A stretch of 56,670 nucleotides of DNA from Bdellovibrionales bacterium (GTDB lineage Bacteria; Bdellovibrionota; Bdellovibrionia; Bdellovibrionales; Bdellovibrionaceae): contig JANMPT010000101.1 of the NCBI GenBank assembly GCA_031370005.1, forward strand, positions 1 through 56,670, written 5' to 3'. The position numbers and the translations under genes are program-made. Positions 16,932 through 26,282 of the stretch are shown here, in pieces. The notes beneath the pieces are model-generated. The model was not told the origin of the DNA, searched no databases, and saw only the letters and a program-made list of their open reading frames with translations. Position 1 is the first letter of the stretch; every line of letters starts with the position of its first letter.

Positions 16932-18818
16932 TTATGAGTTAGTTGTCGTCTCAACACTCACGCCTCTGCTTGTATGCCAAAGAATATAAAGGAATGCAAA
17001 AGTTGCGAGCTGAGCAATGCACGTTTGATAAGTTGCAAAAACGCCAAGAAGATCGAACCGTAGGTTCCAAGGAAGCGAAGACGCAGAGATAATTCCCGCC
17101 TCTTGAAATGCGTGAATGGCTTTGCCAACAAGCACGATCGACAAAACGGCCATAACAGTAGAAGAGATCGTAAATAAACGTTTCACTGGAATCTTCTGAC
17201 TATATTTCAATGCAAAATATGAAAACGTAAAAATTAATACGAATGCGAGAACCGTTCCAGCAACCATTGCATTTTGGCCTGAGGTCTCAACATCATTCCA
17301 GATAGCGCGAAGAAACAGAACAACCTCAAAGGCTTCTCGGAATACGGCCATAAATGAGATCCCAGCGAGAACTACTAAATTTTTACTTTCAAGCGCATCG
17401 TGGATTGTTTCTTTGACGAACTTTGTCCATCTGCCAATCTCCGTCTGGCGATGAAGCCAGAAGCCAACATAGAGAAGAACCACTACAGCAAATAGGGACA
17501 CCCAGCCCTCCGTGAGCTCGCGGCTGGCACCACTCATTGAAATTACAAATCCTGAACCAAACCAAGTAACGAGCCCTAAGAATAAGGCAGAGCCCCATCC
17601 TGCGTGTACCCAGTGGGCTGCGCGTGTTGCTCCGAAAGTTTTAATCACACTCAGGAGAGTGATGATAATAAGGACGGCCTCAAAACCTTCACGCAAAAAA
17701 ATCGCAAAAGCTGCTGAGAACGCAAGGCCTGGCGACATTTTTTTCTCGACAATAACAGTTCCGATTTCATCGAAGGTGGCACGAATTTCACCATACTTTG
17801 CTTCGGTCTCCGATTTAACTGAATCGGCGGTGAGAAAGTTCCTGAATCCAGCCATTTCAGTTTCAATTTTTGTAACAAGTGCTGCGTCGTTTGCTCGAAT
17901 TTTTGCTTCGATGGGTTCGATACCTTCAAGATAAGATTTTAGAGCAAGTGACGTTGCTTGTTCGAAATTTCCACTTCGATACGAGGTCATGCTTTCATCA
18001 AGGTAAGTTCGAGCCGTGGCGAGAAAATTCATCGAAGACATTTCTTGAGGTTCATAGGTGCGAACCTGAATTAGCCCACGCTCTTTGTCCATCTCAGTTC
18101 CAGGAAGTAACGCAATGATTTCTTGATCCTTCAGAGACGCTACATTTTTGAGATCTAGGGTTGGCTTTTGAACTACCACATGTTCCATGCCAAGGCTTTT
18201 TACATAAAACGCAAGAGCCCACGTTTCTTTATCTGAAAAATTAGGCCAAGCAGCCATGCCTGTTCCAGGAACCCCCAGACGAATAGTATTAAAATACTGA
18301 TAGGGTGAACTTTCATGTTTTCGATCTGTCTCCCAAAAATTTGCAGGCTTAGGATCAAGAGATTTACCAGCAATGCCGTCACCCTTGCCGGTTTCACCGT
18401 GGCAGGCAGCACAATTTTTTTGAAATAGGATTTTTCCTTCAGAAAGCTTCGGCCAATCAACCGGTGCTACTTCAATCCCAGCAAGTATAATGGCTTGAGC
18501 TTGAAGAGATCGCGCTCTTTTAGAAACCTCGGCAGCGTCGCCTTTGGCTTCGATTTTTACGACAAGTTCATTGATCCCAGCTTCGAAAGCTTGATCCTTT
18601 TTGAAGGATTCAATGGATTGAGCAGACTTCTGAACGATACCAGCAAATTCTTTTTGCTCAGCGTATTCGGATTCACTAAGCACTTTGCCATTCTGTACCG
18701 CTCCGCCATAGTCCTTGGCTAGATAATCCAGAAGGTGGACTACAATGGATGGATTCAATGTTTCCGCTAAAGCTGACATCGAAATTAGAATGGTAATGAG
18801 AAAAAATGTTTTTTTCAT
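16932..18818 (-). CDS. Cytochrome c / FTR1 family iron (lead) permease, PbrT-like
   Basis: Signal peptide, CAACH haem motif, LREGFE and FREAFE (two RExxE), multiple TM segments. Confidence 0.92.
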   Translation of the reverse strand: MKKTFFLITILISMSALAETLNPSIVVHLLDYLAKDYGGAVQNGKVLSESEYAEQKEFAGIVQKSAQSIESFKKDQAFEAGINELVVKIEAKGDAAEVSKRARSLQAQAIILAGIEVAPVDWPKLSEGKILFQKNCAACHGETGKGDGIAGKSLDPKPANFWETDRKHESSPYQYFNTIRLGVPGTGMAAWPNFSDKETWALAFYVKSLGMEHVVVQKPTLDLKNVASLKDQEIIALLPGTEMDKERGLIQVRTYEPQEMSSMNFLATARTYLDESMTSYRSGNFEQATSLALKSYLEGIEPIEAKIRANDAALVTKIETEMAGFRNFLTADSVKSETEAKYGEIRATFDEIGTVIVEKKMSPGLAFSAAFAIFLREGFEAVLIIITLLSVIKTFGATRAAHWVHAGWGSALFLGLVTWFGSGFVISMSGASRELTEGWVSLFAVVVLLYVGFWLHRQTEIGRWTKFVKETIHDALESKNLVVLAGISFMAVFREAFEVVLFLRAIWNDVETSGQNAMVAGTVLAFVLIFTFSYFALKYSQKIPVKRLFTISSTVMAVLSIVLVGKAIHAFQEAGIISASSLPWNLRFDLLGVFATYQTCIAQLATFAFLYILWHTSRGVSVETTTNS

Positions 18819-19125
18819 AGGGGCCTCGGACTTTGGTGGTACCTGAGCACTGATGGTTGGTCCAGAATTAGATGAAAACCAATCTCAATTGAAAATGAAG
18901 TGATAAACACTTGCGCAAAATTGCAAATGAAAACTACTTGATCGGTCTTCAATCCACATTTGTAATAGCCTATCGGTATCTTAAATTCAGGTGACCATGT
19001 CCTGGTGCTCATTCACGCATTTATTTTTTCTCTTTAATCGAGCTTTCGTACTTTTCGTTTTCTTCCCAGCATTTCGATTTGCGAAAGTCCTTATTTAGTC
19101 TTCCATTCTTCTCTGCGCACCATTT

Positions 19126-19329
19126 TTGGCTAATTCTGATATTATCAGCGGCTTGGGCGTGATTCAAGCGCTGAAGAATCTTGGCAAGGATCATATTGAT
19201 GATATCGCGCGCGCGCGTGTGAAGAGATTTTTGAACGGAACAAAGGCGGCGGAGCTTAAGAAAAACTTGAAGTATGCACCTCAGTGGGTTCGCGCTTTAG
19301 TTTTTAGTATTATGGAGGATGCAAAATGA
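19126..19329 (+). pseudogene. C-terminal remnant of a DUF6088/AbiEi-type antitoxin
   Basis: VIQALKNLGKDHID...LKYAPQWVR resembles DUF6088 C-termini. Its stop overlaps ATG 19326 of the abiEii gene. The N-terminal part is missing. Confidence 0.65.
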
Positions 19330-20252
19330 CGGAGCTTCATCTTTTATCAGTGGCAGAGACTGTTTTCCTTACCGGATCTGAAATCTCATCTGACTTTTAA
19401 AGGTGGAACGTCGCTGTCTAAAGTGTACGGCCTGATTGATCGCTTTTCAGAAGATATTGATGTTTCAATTGAGCGTGATTTTCTAGGATTCGACGAGAAT
19501 AAAAATCCAGAAAAGCTTTCAACACGGAGCCAGCAGCGGTCAATCCTTGAGAATCTCTCCAAAGCTTCATCGAAATACATTCAAAACGAAATGCTTCCGA
19601 ATTTAAGCGCAAGTGTCGCAGCAAAATTAAAAACGTCAGACGGATGGCAAATTCTAAATGATGCAGACGACTCAAGTGGGCAGACGCTTCTGTTTGAGTA
19701 TCCGAGTATTACTCCTAAGGGCGGCTATATCCGACCTTTTGTGAAAATAGAAATGGGCGCAAGAGCAGAGCACTGGCCCGTTAGCGATCATCCAGTTCAA
19801 AGCTACGCGAAAGAAGCACTCAAGGAAAAAATCCATGAACTGCCGACGACAGTGCGCGTACTTAACGCCGAAAGAACTTTTTGGGAGAAAGCCACTATCC
19901 TTCATCAGTATGCTCACTTGCCTGCCGACAAAGCTTTGCCATCTAGACTTTCACGCCATCTCTATGACTTTTTTCGGTTGCTCGAATCTACCGTAAAGGA
20001 AAAGGCCCTAGAGGAAGTGGATCTGCTTGAGCACGTGGCAAACCATAAGAAAGTTTACTTCGCTTCCGGATGGGCGAATTACGATACGGCCGCAAAGGGA
20101 CCTTAAAACTATCTCCTCATTCGAGGGTTTTGGAAAAGCTAGAAAAAGACAATAAGGAAATGGAAGCCATGTTCTTTCGTGCGATTCCAGAGTGGAAACA
20201 TATTCTTGAAACCATCGAAAAATTTGAGCGAGAATTCAATCAGTCATCTTAA
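19326..20252 (+). pseudogene. AbiEii family nucleotidyltransferase toxin, disrupted
   Basis: LTFKGGTSLSKVYGLIDRFSEDID, ERTFWEKATILH and SRHLYD motifs. ATG 19326 is out of frame with the body (apparent deletion near 19350). A further frameshift lies near 20090-20100 (tail in 20070..20252). Confidence 0.85.
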
Positions 20253-20377
20253 GCGCAGGATTTGTCTTTTCTGCTGTTCTGGTATGTAATATTATTGTAT
20301 CAAAATAAATAAGCGCTTATTATGAATAAACTCATTGAAATGATTGCGCGCTCGACAATCTAGTTATTAGGTTTTTT

Positions 20378-21193
20378 ATGCCAAAAAGAAATACACAAAA
20401 GTTAAAACGCAAGGCGACGACTCGTAAGTCTCCATCGGTTAAGAAAAATATCGGTGGAGACCCGAAACCTACTCGCTCGCCAGTGCATCCTTGGAGAGTT
20501 TGTCCTTATGGAGAACATTGGGTTAGAACTCATCCTTTACATGTCCCTCCAAGTAGAACTCACTCTGAGGGTTCTATTACAACACGCAAAGAACATTGCG
20601 CTCGAAACCCTTCTGGCAAAGACCAGCTTTATTCAGAAGAGATTCAAGAAATCGCCAGTCAGAATTTTTCCAATTTAAAAAAAAAGCTTTGTTCATTACC
20701 ATTGATCTTTGGCGTGGATAACAGCAAGTATGATGATTTTATCGCGGGCTGGGTTCAATATTGGAACGACGTTTTAAAGCCAGATGACATTTTGGATCCT
20801 AATCTCATTAAAGCACTTATCGCATCCGAGTCAGGATTTGATCCAAAAGCTCTTGCTAGCAAAAAAGATTCGAATAGTGCACGCGGTTTAATGCAGATTA
20901 CAAATGAATCACGAAAGCTCTTAGGTGGGGATCATGGTGATTTGAAGGACCACTTAATTACTCTCACAAAGGCTGAATTAAATGACCCCAATTTAAATAT
21001 TTGCGCTGGCATTAGATGGCTTTTTGAAAAGCGACGTTTACTTTCTGCTCGCTTGAAAAGATCTGTCACCTGGGTGGAGACAGTTTGGGATTATAAAGCG
21101 GTTAAACGCGCTAAAACGAAGAAAAAAGCTGGGGAAATAAAAGCGGAATTTAACAGCTTCTATGAGAAGCTTCAAAAATGCGGAAAACCATAA
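20378..21193 (+). CDS. Soluble lytic transglycosylase (SLT)-domain protein with basic, Cys/His-containing N-terminus
   Basis: LIKALIASESGFDPKA (catalytic Glu), SARGLMQI, LNDPNLNICAGIRWL. No signal peptide. Confidence 0.88.
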   Translation: MPKRNTQKLKRKATTRKSPSVKKNIGGDPKPTRSPVHPWRVCPYGEHWVRTHPLHVPPSRTHSEGSITTRKEHCARNPSGKDQLYSEEIQEIASQNFSNLKKKLCSLPLIFGVDNSKYDDFIAGWVQYWNDVLKPDDILDPNLIKALIASESGFDPKALASKKDSNSARGLMQITNESRKLLGGDHGDLKDHLITLTKAELNDPNLNICAGIRWLFEKRRLLSARLKRSVTWVETVWDYKAVKRAKTKKKAGEIKAEFNSFYEKLQKCGKP

Positions 21194-21780
21194 TGATGAT
21201 GCAGATTGTGATTTTTTTCTCATTTCTCTTGAGTTCAATCTTAGCTCTTGGAGCAGATAATGTTCATCTAGCGAAATTAAGATCAAGGTTTCCAAATGGA
21301 TTATTAAGTGATGATTATGGGGTTCTGAATCTCAAAGACCTAGCTCTTAATGCCTGTCGCATCAAGCCTCCGCCATTTATTCCGGGAGAGACGCATTCCT
21401 ACCAATACTGGATTTGTTTTGAAAATAAAAATATTTTACCGACCTGCGATGATGAAGGTATTGATGAGACAGAGGGGCATATAGGACGTGTGAATATTGA
21501 GGCTCGCCATCAAGAAATAATTTATCAATTCTTTGAACATCGGCCATGGTCAATTCGAAGTTGCAAGAGTTTCGTAAAGGATCTGAAAAAGATTATGAAA
21601 GGAACGTCACACGCTTGCATTTCAGCTTCTAGCATTACTAAAGAAGAAAAGAACGACAAAGGACAAATGGAGCGCATCGGATTTCTCCACCGATTTAAAA
21701 CGCGTAAAGGTTGTGAAGGTGAAGAGTGTGAATTGACTAAAAAATTCAAGAAGGAATACTGTCCTGAATTTAAATTATGA
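21178..21780 (+). CDS. Exported 8-cysteine hypothetical protein (paralogue of 819..1412)
   Basis: Signal peptide ALG|ADN, overlaps the SLT gene by 16 bp, eight conserved Cys. Confidence 0.85.
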   Translation: MRKTIMMMQIVIFFSFLLSSILALGADNVHLAKLRSRFPNGLLSDDYGVLNLKDLALNACRIKPPPFIPGETHSYQYWICFENKNILPTCDDEGIDETEGHIGRVNIEARHQEIIYQFFEHRPWSIRSCKSFVKDLKKIMKGTSHACISASSITKEEKNDKGQMERIGFLHRFKTRKGCEGEECELTKKFKKEYCPEFKL

Positions 21781-21950
21781 CTTTAAGATTATGCTGCTGC
21801 TATTTTAGCACAAAAGATTTTCTATGCAGTTGAAACAATTTAATTTACGACGCGTCCGCTATTCTTCACGACTCATTGAGAGTTGAATTTCAAAATAACG
21901 CGAGCAGGCGCTCTGCTCAGCATTTCAAAATATGGTAGGGTTTTGGTAGT

Positions 21951-22244
21951 CTATTGGTTTTTATCACTTGGATTGCTTGCCGGCGCCGGCATTGCTTCTG
22001 GTTCTACTTTGGTTCCGGGAGTGCTATCAGGTGCGCTCCGGGTTGGATCTTCCGATTTAGAAGGACCGAAACTTTTATTTTTACCCAAAGCAAAGAAAAG
22101 AATTATCGCACTACAAACGGCTATCCCGATAAAAAGATAAACCAATCCGGCAACTTTTCTTTCACCTTTTGCACTATGTCCTGTTGTTGACTGAATTCCC
22201 ATAAACGCCTCTTCCGATTCCCAAGCTTCTAAATGCCGGCACAA
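21951..22244 (-). CDS. Possible small single-TM protein with Pro/Ser-rich tail
   Basis: One hydrophobic segment followed by a low-complexity tail; start uncertain. Confidence 0.35.
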   Translation of the reverse strand: MCRHLEAWESEEAFMGIQSTTGHSAKGERKVAGLVYLFIGIAVCSAIILFFALGKNKSFGPSKSEDPTRSAPDSTPGTKVEPEAMPAPASNPSDKNQ

Positions 22245-22373
22245 ATTAAAAAAATCACCGCCTATTTTCTATAACTGTAATTATACACAATATTAGGTGC
22301 CAATTGTCGCAGTGATAATTGAAAGAAAAAAATATATCTCATTATATTTCTTCAGGAAGAGATATTGAGCCCC

Positions 22374-22862
22374 CTATTTCATCTTTTTTTTGAACCTGTT
22401 TCGAGCCTCGTTGCTAATCTTCGAGATGGGCACGTGGTCAAAGGCCACGGCTAAGCCGAACTTCGGCATATTACCATAGACAGTTTCGAAATCAGACCGA
22501 TTCACTTTATAGGTTTCGTGATAAATGCCTACTGTGCCACTGCTGCCAACAGACCTCATATATTTCGACCACGCGGCAGCATGAGGAAGGGTTTTATCCG
22601 AAGCAAATTTATCTAAGTGTTCAAATGATTCCCAGTACGAAATTAATACGGTGGTAATTGGAAAAAGTCTAAAAAATGACTCGGCCCCCAGCATTCCAAG
22701 AGATTTATTTCGAGCCAGTTTAATGAGCATTTTTGGCATTGCTACAGCAACCGGGAGCCACTTGTGAAACAGCCACCACTTGTTAACTCGCATCCCAATA
22801 ATAAAGACAACGAAGTCACGATTTACTTCTGCTGTATAACGGCCCTGGAATACTTCAGACAT
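22374..22862 (-). CDS. DUF4188 domain protein (aldoxime dehydratase/monooxygenase-like)
   Basis: FVVFIIGMRVNK, SYWESFEHL, VGIYHETY and YGNMPKFGL motifs. Confidence 0.85.
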   Translation of the reverse strand: MSEVFQGRYTAEVNRDFVVFIIGMRVNKWWLFHKWLPVAVAMPKMLIKLARNKSLGMLGAESFFRLFPITTVLISYWESFEHLDKFASDKTLPHAAAWSKYMRSVGSSGTVGIYHETYKVNRSDFETVYGNMPKFGLAVAFDHVPISKISNEARNRFKKKMK

Positions 22863-22979
22863 TTGGTGACACTAAACTTCTATAACGAATGTGGCAAGCA
22901 AATCGTTTCAATGAGTTGGACTATCAGCTTTGCGTTTGCTTTAAGCTGATGCTCCGTCAAGTCAGCACGACATTGGGAC

Positions 22980-23048
22980 TCACATTTTCTCTTTGACTCC
23001 TTTTTTAGGAGCCACCAGTTCACAGGTTAACTTGTGAAAAAACCAGGC
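22980..23048 (-). pseudogene. C-terminal remnant of a DUF4396 family membrane protein
   Basis: Reads GFFTS*PVNWWLL[frameshift]KKGVKEKM*, matching the typical DUF4396 ending ...TSYPVNWWL..KG.KE.M. Confidence 0.55.
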
Positions 23049-23296
23049 TTTCTGCGGAGAGACATTTCGATGCCCGGCACGCAAGACTGCCACCTAGCAG
23101 CGATCCGCGCACTTATCTCTCAGATGTTGAGACGACCAAAGAATCAGGGCGCCCCGAAACCAAAATGTGCAAGAGACTCAAACGAACTAACAAAATATAA
23201 AATTACAAAGACAACCCTGCAGCCGGCCCAAAAATTGAAAAAAGGCAGAGATGCATCTTCTTAAATTTATTTCAAGATGGCTTCGTAAAATCACCA

Positions 23297-26029
23297 TCAA
23301 CTGTGGGAAGCATTGCCCCTTCTTCTAAAATTATAGTTTCTTACAATAAATTTTCGTGCCTCCTCGACCCAAAGTACCAGACTTGCCATTACTCCAATTC
23401 CGAAAAACTGGGCTATATCAATTGGTACAGTATGAAAAAACCGATTCATTAGTGGCCAATAAATAACTGCGGCGTGCAAAATATTCCCCAGCGCCAGACC
23501 GCCAATAAGCCATGGATTTTTCAGTAAGTCCCAAGAAAATGCTGAGTGGGTGCCTGAGCGACAGTTGAGTACATTGAACCACTGGCAAATGACAAGCATC
23601 GTGAATGTCTCGGTTTGCACAAGCTCGGGAGCGACTCCTGTTGAGGTGCGATAAACAAACCAACCAAATGTGGAAACAACAGATGCCAAGGCCATGAGTG
23701 GAATGCGTGATAGAAGTGCCTTATCTAGTAAAGGCTGTGTTACCGGGATCGGGGGGCGCCTCATCTCATCGCCTTCTGCTGGTTCCATTATAAGATTTAC
23801 GGTAAGAATTCCCTCTGTGACTAAGTTAATCCAAAGAATTTGCACGGCAGCTAATGGCGGTGAGTATCCGAAAATTAGGGCAAGAAAGAGCACTGCTACT
23901 TCATCAATTGAGGTTACAAATAGGAACAGAATTAGTTTTTTTATATTCTGATGAACAAGCCGACCTTCGGCGATAGCCGCTACGATGGTCGAAAAGTTGT
24001 CGTCCGTGATGACTATCTTTGCGGCCTCCTTGGCAACTTCGGTACCCGTGATGCCCATAGCGACGCCAACATTAGCGCGCACAAGAGCTGGAGCGTCGTT
24101 GACGCCATCACCGGTCATGGCGACGATCTCACCTCTTTTTTGATAGGTCTCGACAATTCGTAATTTTTGTGTGGGATGAACACGTGCAAAAACGCTTATG
24201 CGACTTACTTTTTCCAAAAGCTCTTCATCGGATAATTGGTCAAGCTCTTCACCATCAATGGCCAAGTCATCGTATCCGCTGATACCGAGTGCTCTAGCAA
24301 TAGCAAGCCCAGTTGCCTTGTGATCACCTGTCACCATAACCGGCTTAATACCGGCGGCCTTACACTCTTTGATAGACTCTGCCGCCGCAGTTCTTGGCGG
24401 ATCAAGTTCTCCGATCAGACCAAGGAGCGTAACCTTTCCCATAAATGGCGAAAAACCTTTAGAGCCATCAATATAAGCATTTTCAATAAACCCAACAGCT
24501 AATAGCCTGAGCGCAGAATCTGCCATTTTCCCAGATGCCGCCTGCAAGCCAACCGAAATCTCCGCATCTAGTTCTTCGATTTGTCCATCGTAAAAATAAG
24601 AACCACAGTACTTAAGAAGTATCTCCGGAGCACCTTTGACATAGACAATGCTTTCCTGTTCAACATCATGTTGAGTCGCCATCATTTTGATATCTGAATT
24701 AAAAGGCAACTCCGCTTTTCGATGATATTGTTTTCTAATAGAAATAGGATCAACCCCGCCTTTGGCCGTCATTGTAAGTAGCGCCCCTTCTGTCGGATCT
24801 CCAATTATTCTCCAGCTTGAGTCTGAGGCATCAGGGCCAAGTAACTGGGCATCGTTGCATAATGCGCTTGCAATAAATAACTTTTGAAGAGTCCTATCCA
24901 TATTTGTCATAAGCTTATGGTCGTTCTCTATGAAGTATCCTTCCGGAGCATAACCAATACCAGTAACGCTTATTTCTCTTTTTTGAAATGGAAGATAAAT
25001 AGCAGTGACCACCATTTCATTTCGGGTGAGGGTCCCCGTTTTGTCGCTACAAATGATAGTTGTAGAACCCAAGGTTTCAACTGCGGCAAGTCTCCTGACA
25101 ACTGCTCCTCGGCGAGCCATTCGCTGAACCCCGACCGCGAGAGCAATGGTCATCGCAACAGGTAATCCTTCTGGTACGAGCGATACCATTTGACTGATCG
25201 CGATCATAAAAATCTGAGAAAAGGCAATGTCACGCCAAAGGCCAATCGCCATGACAAGTCCAAAAACAATAAGAGCCACAAAGACAAGGTATTTTCCAAA
25301 CTGTTTAATACGTAATTCTAGTTGGGTCGATGGCTGTACAGTGGTGGTAGCAAGGTTTGCGATTTTTCCAATTTCATTGTGTACCCCTGTGGAAATCACA
25401 ACAGCCAGTCCACGTCCCGCAGTTATGTGTGTGCCTGCATAAATCATATTGTGTCGATCAGCAAGAACAGTCTTTTCCATAAGTTGCTCAACAGATTTGA
25501 CCACAGGCAAGGACTCGCCAGTAAGAGCTGCCTCGGCAACTGCAATTGATGAAGCCTCCACAAGCCTTGCGTCAGCGGCTACGGCATCTCCAGAATTAAG
25601 CACAAGGATATCGCCCGGAACAACATCGCCCGCTTCGATGAGCTGTTCTTGTCCGCCGCGTATAACGTGAGCCTTTAACTTTGATAGTTTGCGGAGCTCC
25701 ACGAGAGATTGTTCTGCACGTCCTTCTTGAAAAGAACCAATAATGGCGTTCAAAAAAACCACAACAAGGATAACGATAGCATCGCGGGTTTCGCCGATAA
25801 AAAATGCAATGCCCGCCGCCACAAGCAAGAGGTAAATTAATGGACTTAGAAATTGATGAAGTAAAATGGAGAAAAGTGTTCGGCGTTCTGGTGCCGGTAG
25901 GGTATTTGTACCAAAGCGCTTTAGGCGTTCCTTTGCTTCATTATGAGAGAGCCCCTCCATTGCGTTGGATTCCAATGCATCCAAAACCTCTTTACTACGA
26001 AGCGAGTGCCAAACATGTTGTGAGTTCAC
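23297..26029 (-). CDS. P-type (type IIA-like) cation-transporting ATPase
   Basis: TGES, VPEGLP, CSDKTGTLT, KGAPE, MVTGD, TGDGVND and QILWINLVT motifs. Confidence 0.93.
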   Translation of the reverse strand: MNSQHVWHSLRSKEVLDALESNAMEGLSHNEAKERLKRFGTNTLPAPERRTLFSILLHQFLSPLIYLLLVAAGIAFFIGETRDAIVILVVVFLNAIIGSFQEGRAEQSLVELRKLSKLKAHVIRGGQEQLIEAGDVVPGDILVLNSGDAVAADARLVEASSIAVAEAALTGESLPVVKSVEQLMEKTVLADRHNMIYAGTHITAGRGLAVVISTGVHNEIGKIANLATTTVQPSTQLELRIKQFGKYLVFVALIVFGLVMAIGLWRDIAFSQIFMIAISQMVSLVPEGLPVAMTIALAVGVQRMARRGAVVRRLAAVETLGSTTIICSDKTGTLTRNEMVVTAIYLPFQKREISVTGIGYAPEGYFIENDHKLMTNMDRTLQKLFIASALCNDAQLLGPDASDSSWRIIGDPTEGALLTMTAKGGVDPISIRKQYHRKAELPFNSDIKMMATQHDVEQESIVYVKGAPEILLKYCGSYFYDGQIEELDAEISVGLQAASGKMADSALRLLAVGFIENAYIDGSKGFSPFMGKVTLLGLIGELDPPRTAAAESIKECKAAGIKPVMVTGDHKATGLAIARALGISGYDDLAIDGEELDQLSDEELLEKVSRISVFARVHPTQKLRIVETYQKRGEIVAMTGDGVNDAPALVRANVGVAMGITGTEVAKEAAKIVITDDNFSTIVAAIAEGRLVHQNIKKLILFLFVTSIDEVAVLFLALIFGYSPPLAAVQILWINLVTEGILTVNLIMEPAEGDEMRRPPIPVTQPLLDKALLSRIPLMALASVVSTFGWFVYRTSTGVAPELVQTETFTMLVICQWFNVLNCRSGTHSAFSWDLLKNPWLIGGLALGNILHAAVIYWPLMNRFFHTVPIDIAQFFGIGVMASLVLWVEEARKFIVRNYNFRRRGNASHS

Positions 26030-26149
26030 AAAAACCTTCCTACGACAAAATGTCTCAACATCTTACAAAACTGTCTCGCTCAAAATATCTGAATATGGCC
26101 TAGCTGAGTCTAAGAACAATTCTACCCTATATTAGCAGAGAGTATGCCA

Positions 26150-26166
26150 CTGGCCCTGATCTTGCT
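26150..26166 (+). promoter_or_regulatory. Putative sigma54 promoter
   Basis: CTGGCCCTGATCTTGCT (GG-N10-GC), about 115 bp upstream of ldhA. Confidence 0.55.
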
Positions 26167-26282
26167 TTGTGGAATATTTAAGTATCTTCGCCGTAACAAG
26201 TAGCAACTTTTTTTAAAGAAAAAGTAACACGGTTTTAAAACCATTCAACTACCGACTCAGCTCAACTTAAGGATTACGTATT

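Noticed and set aside
18815..19012. 65-aa ORF overlapping the FTR1 start
   Set aside because: No motif or convincing RBS; cannot be distinguished from a chance ORF in a promoter region.
19044..19055. 12-bp inverted match to the abiEi operator region (AAAAGTACGAAA, 15383-15394)
   Set aside because: Short and A-rich, lacks the second half of the palindrome, and falls inside an apparent coding remnant; likely chance.
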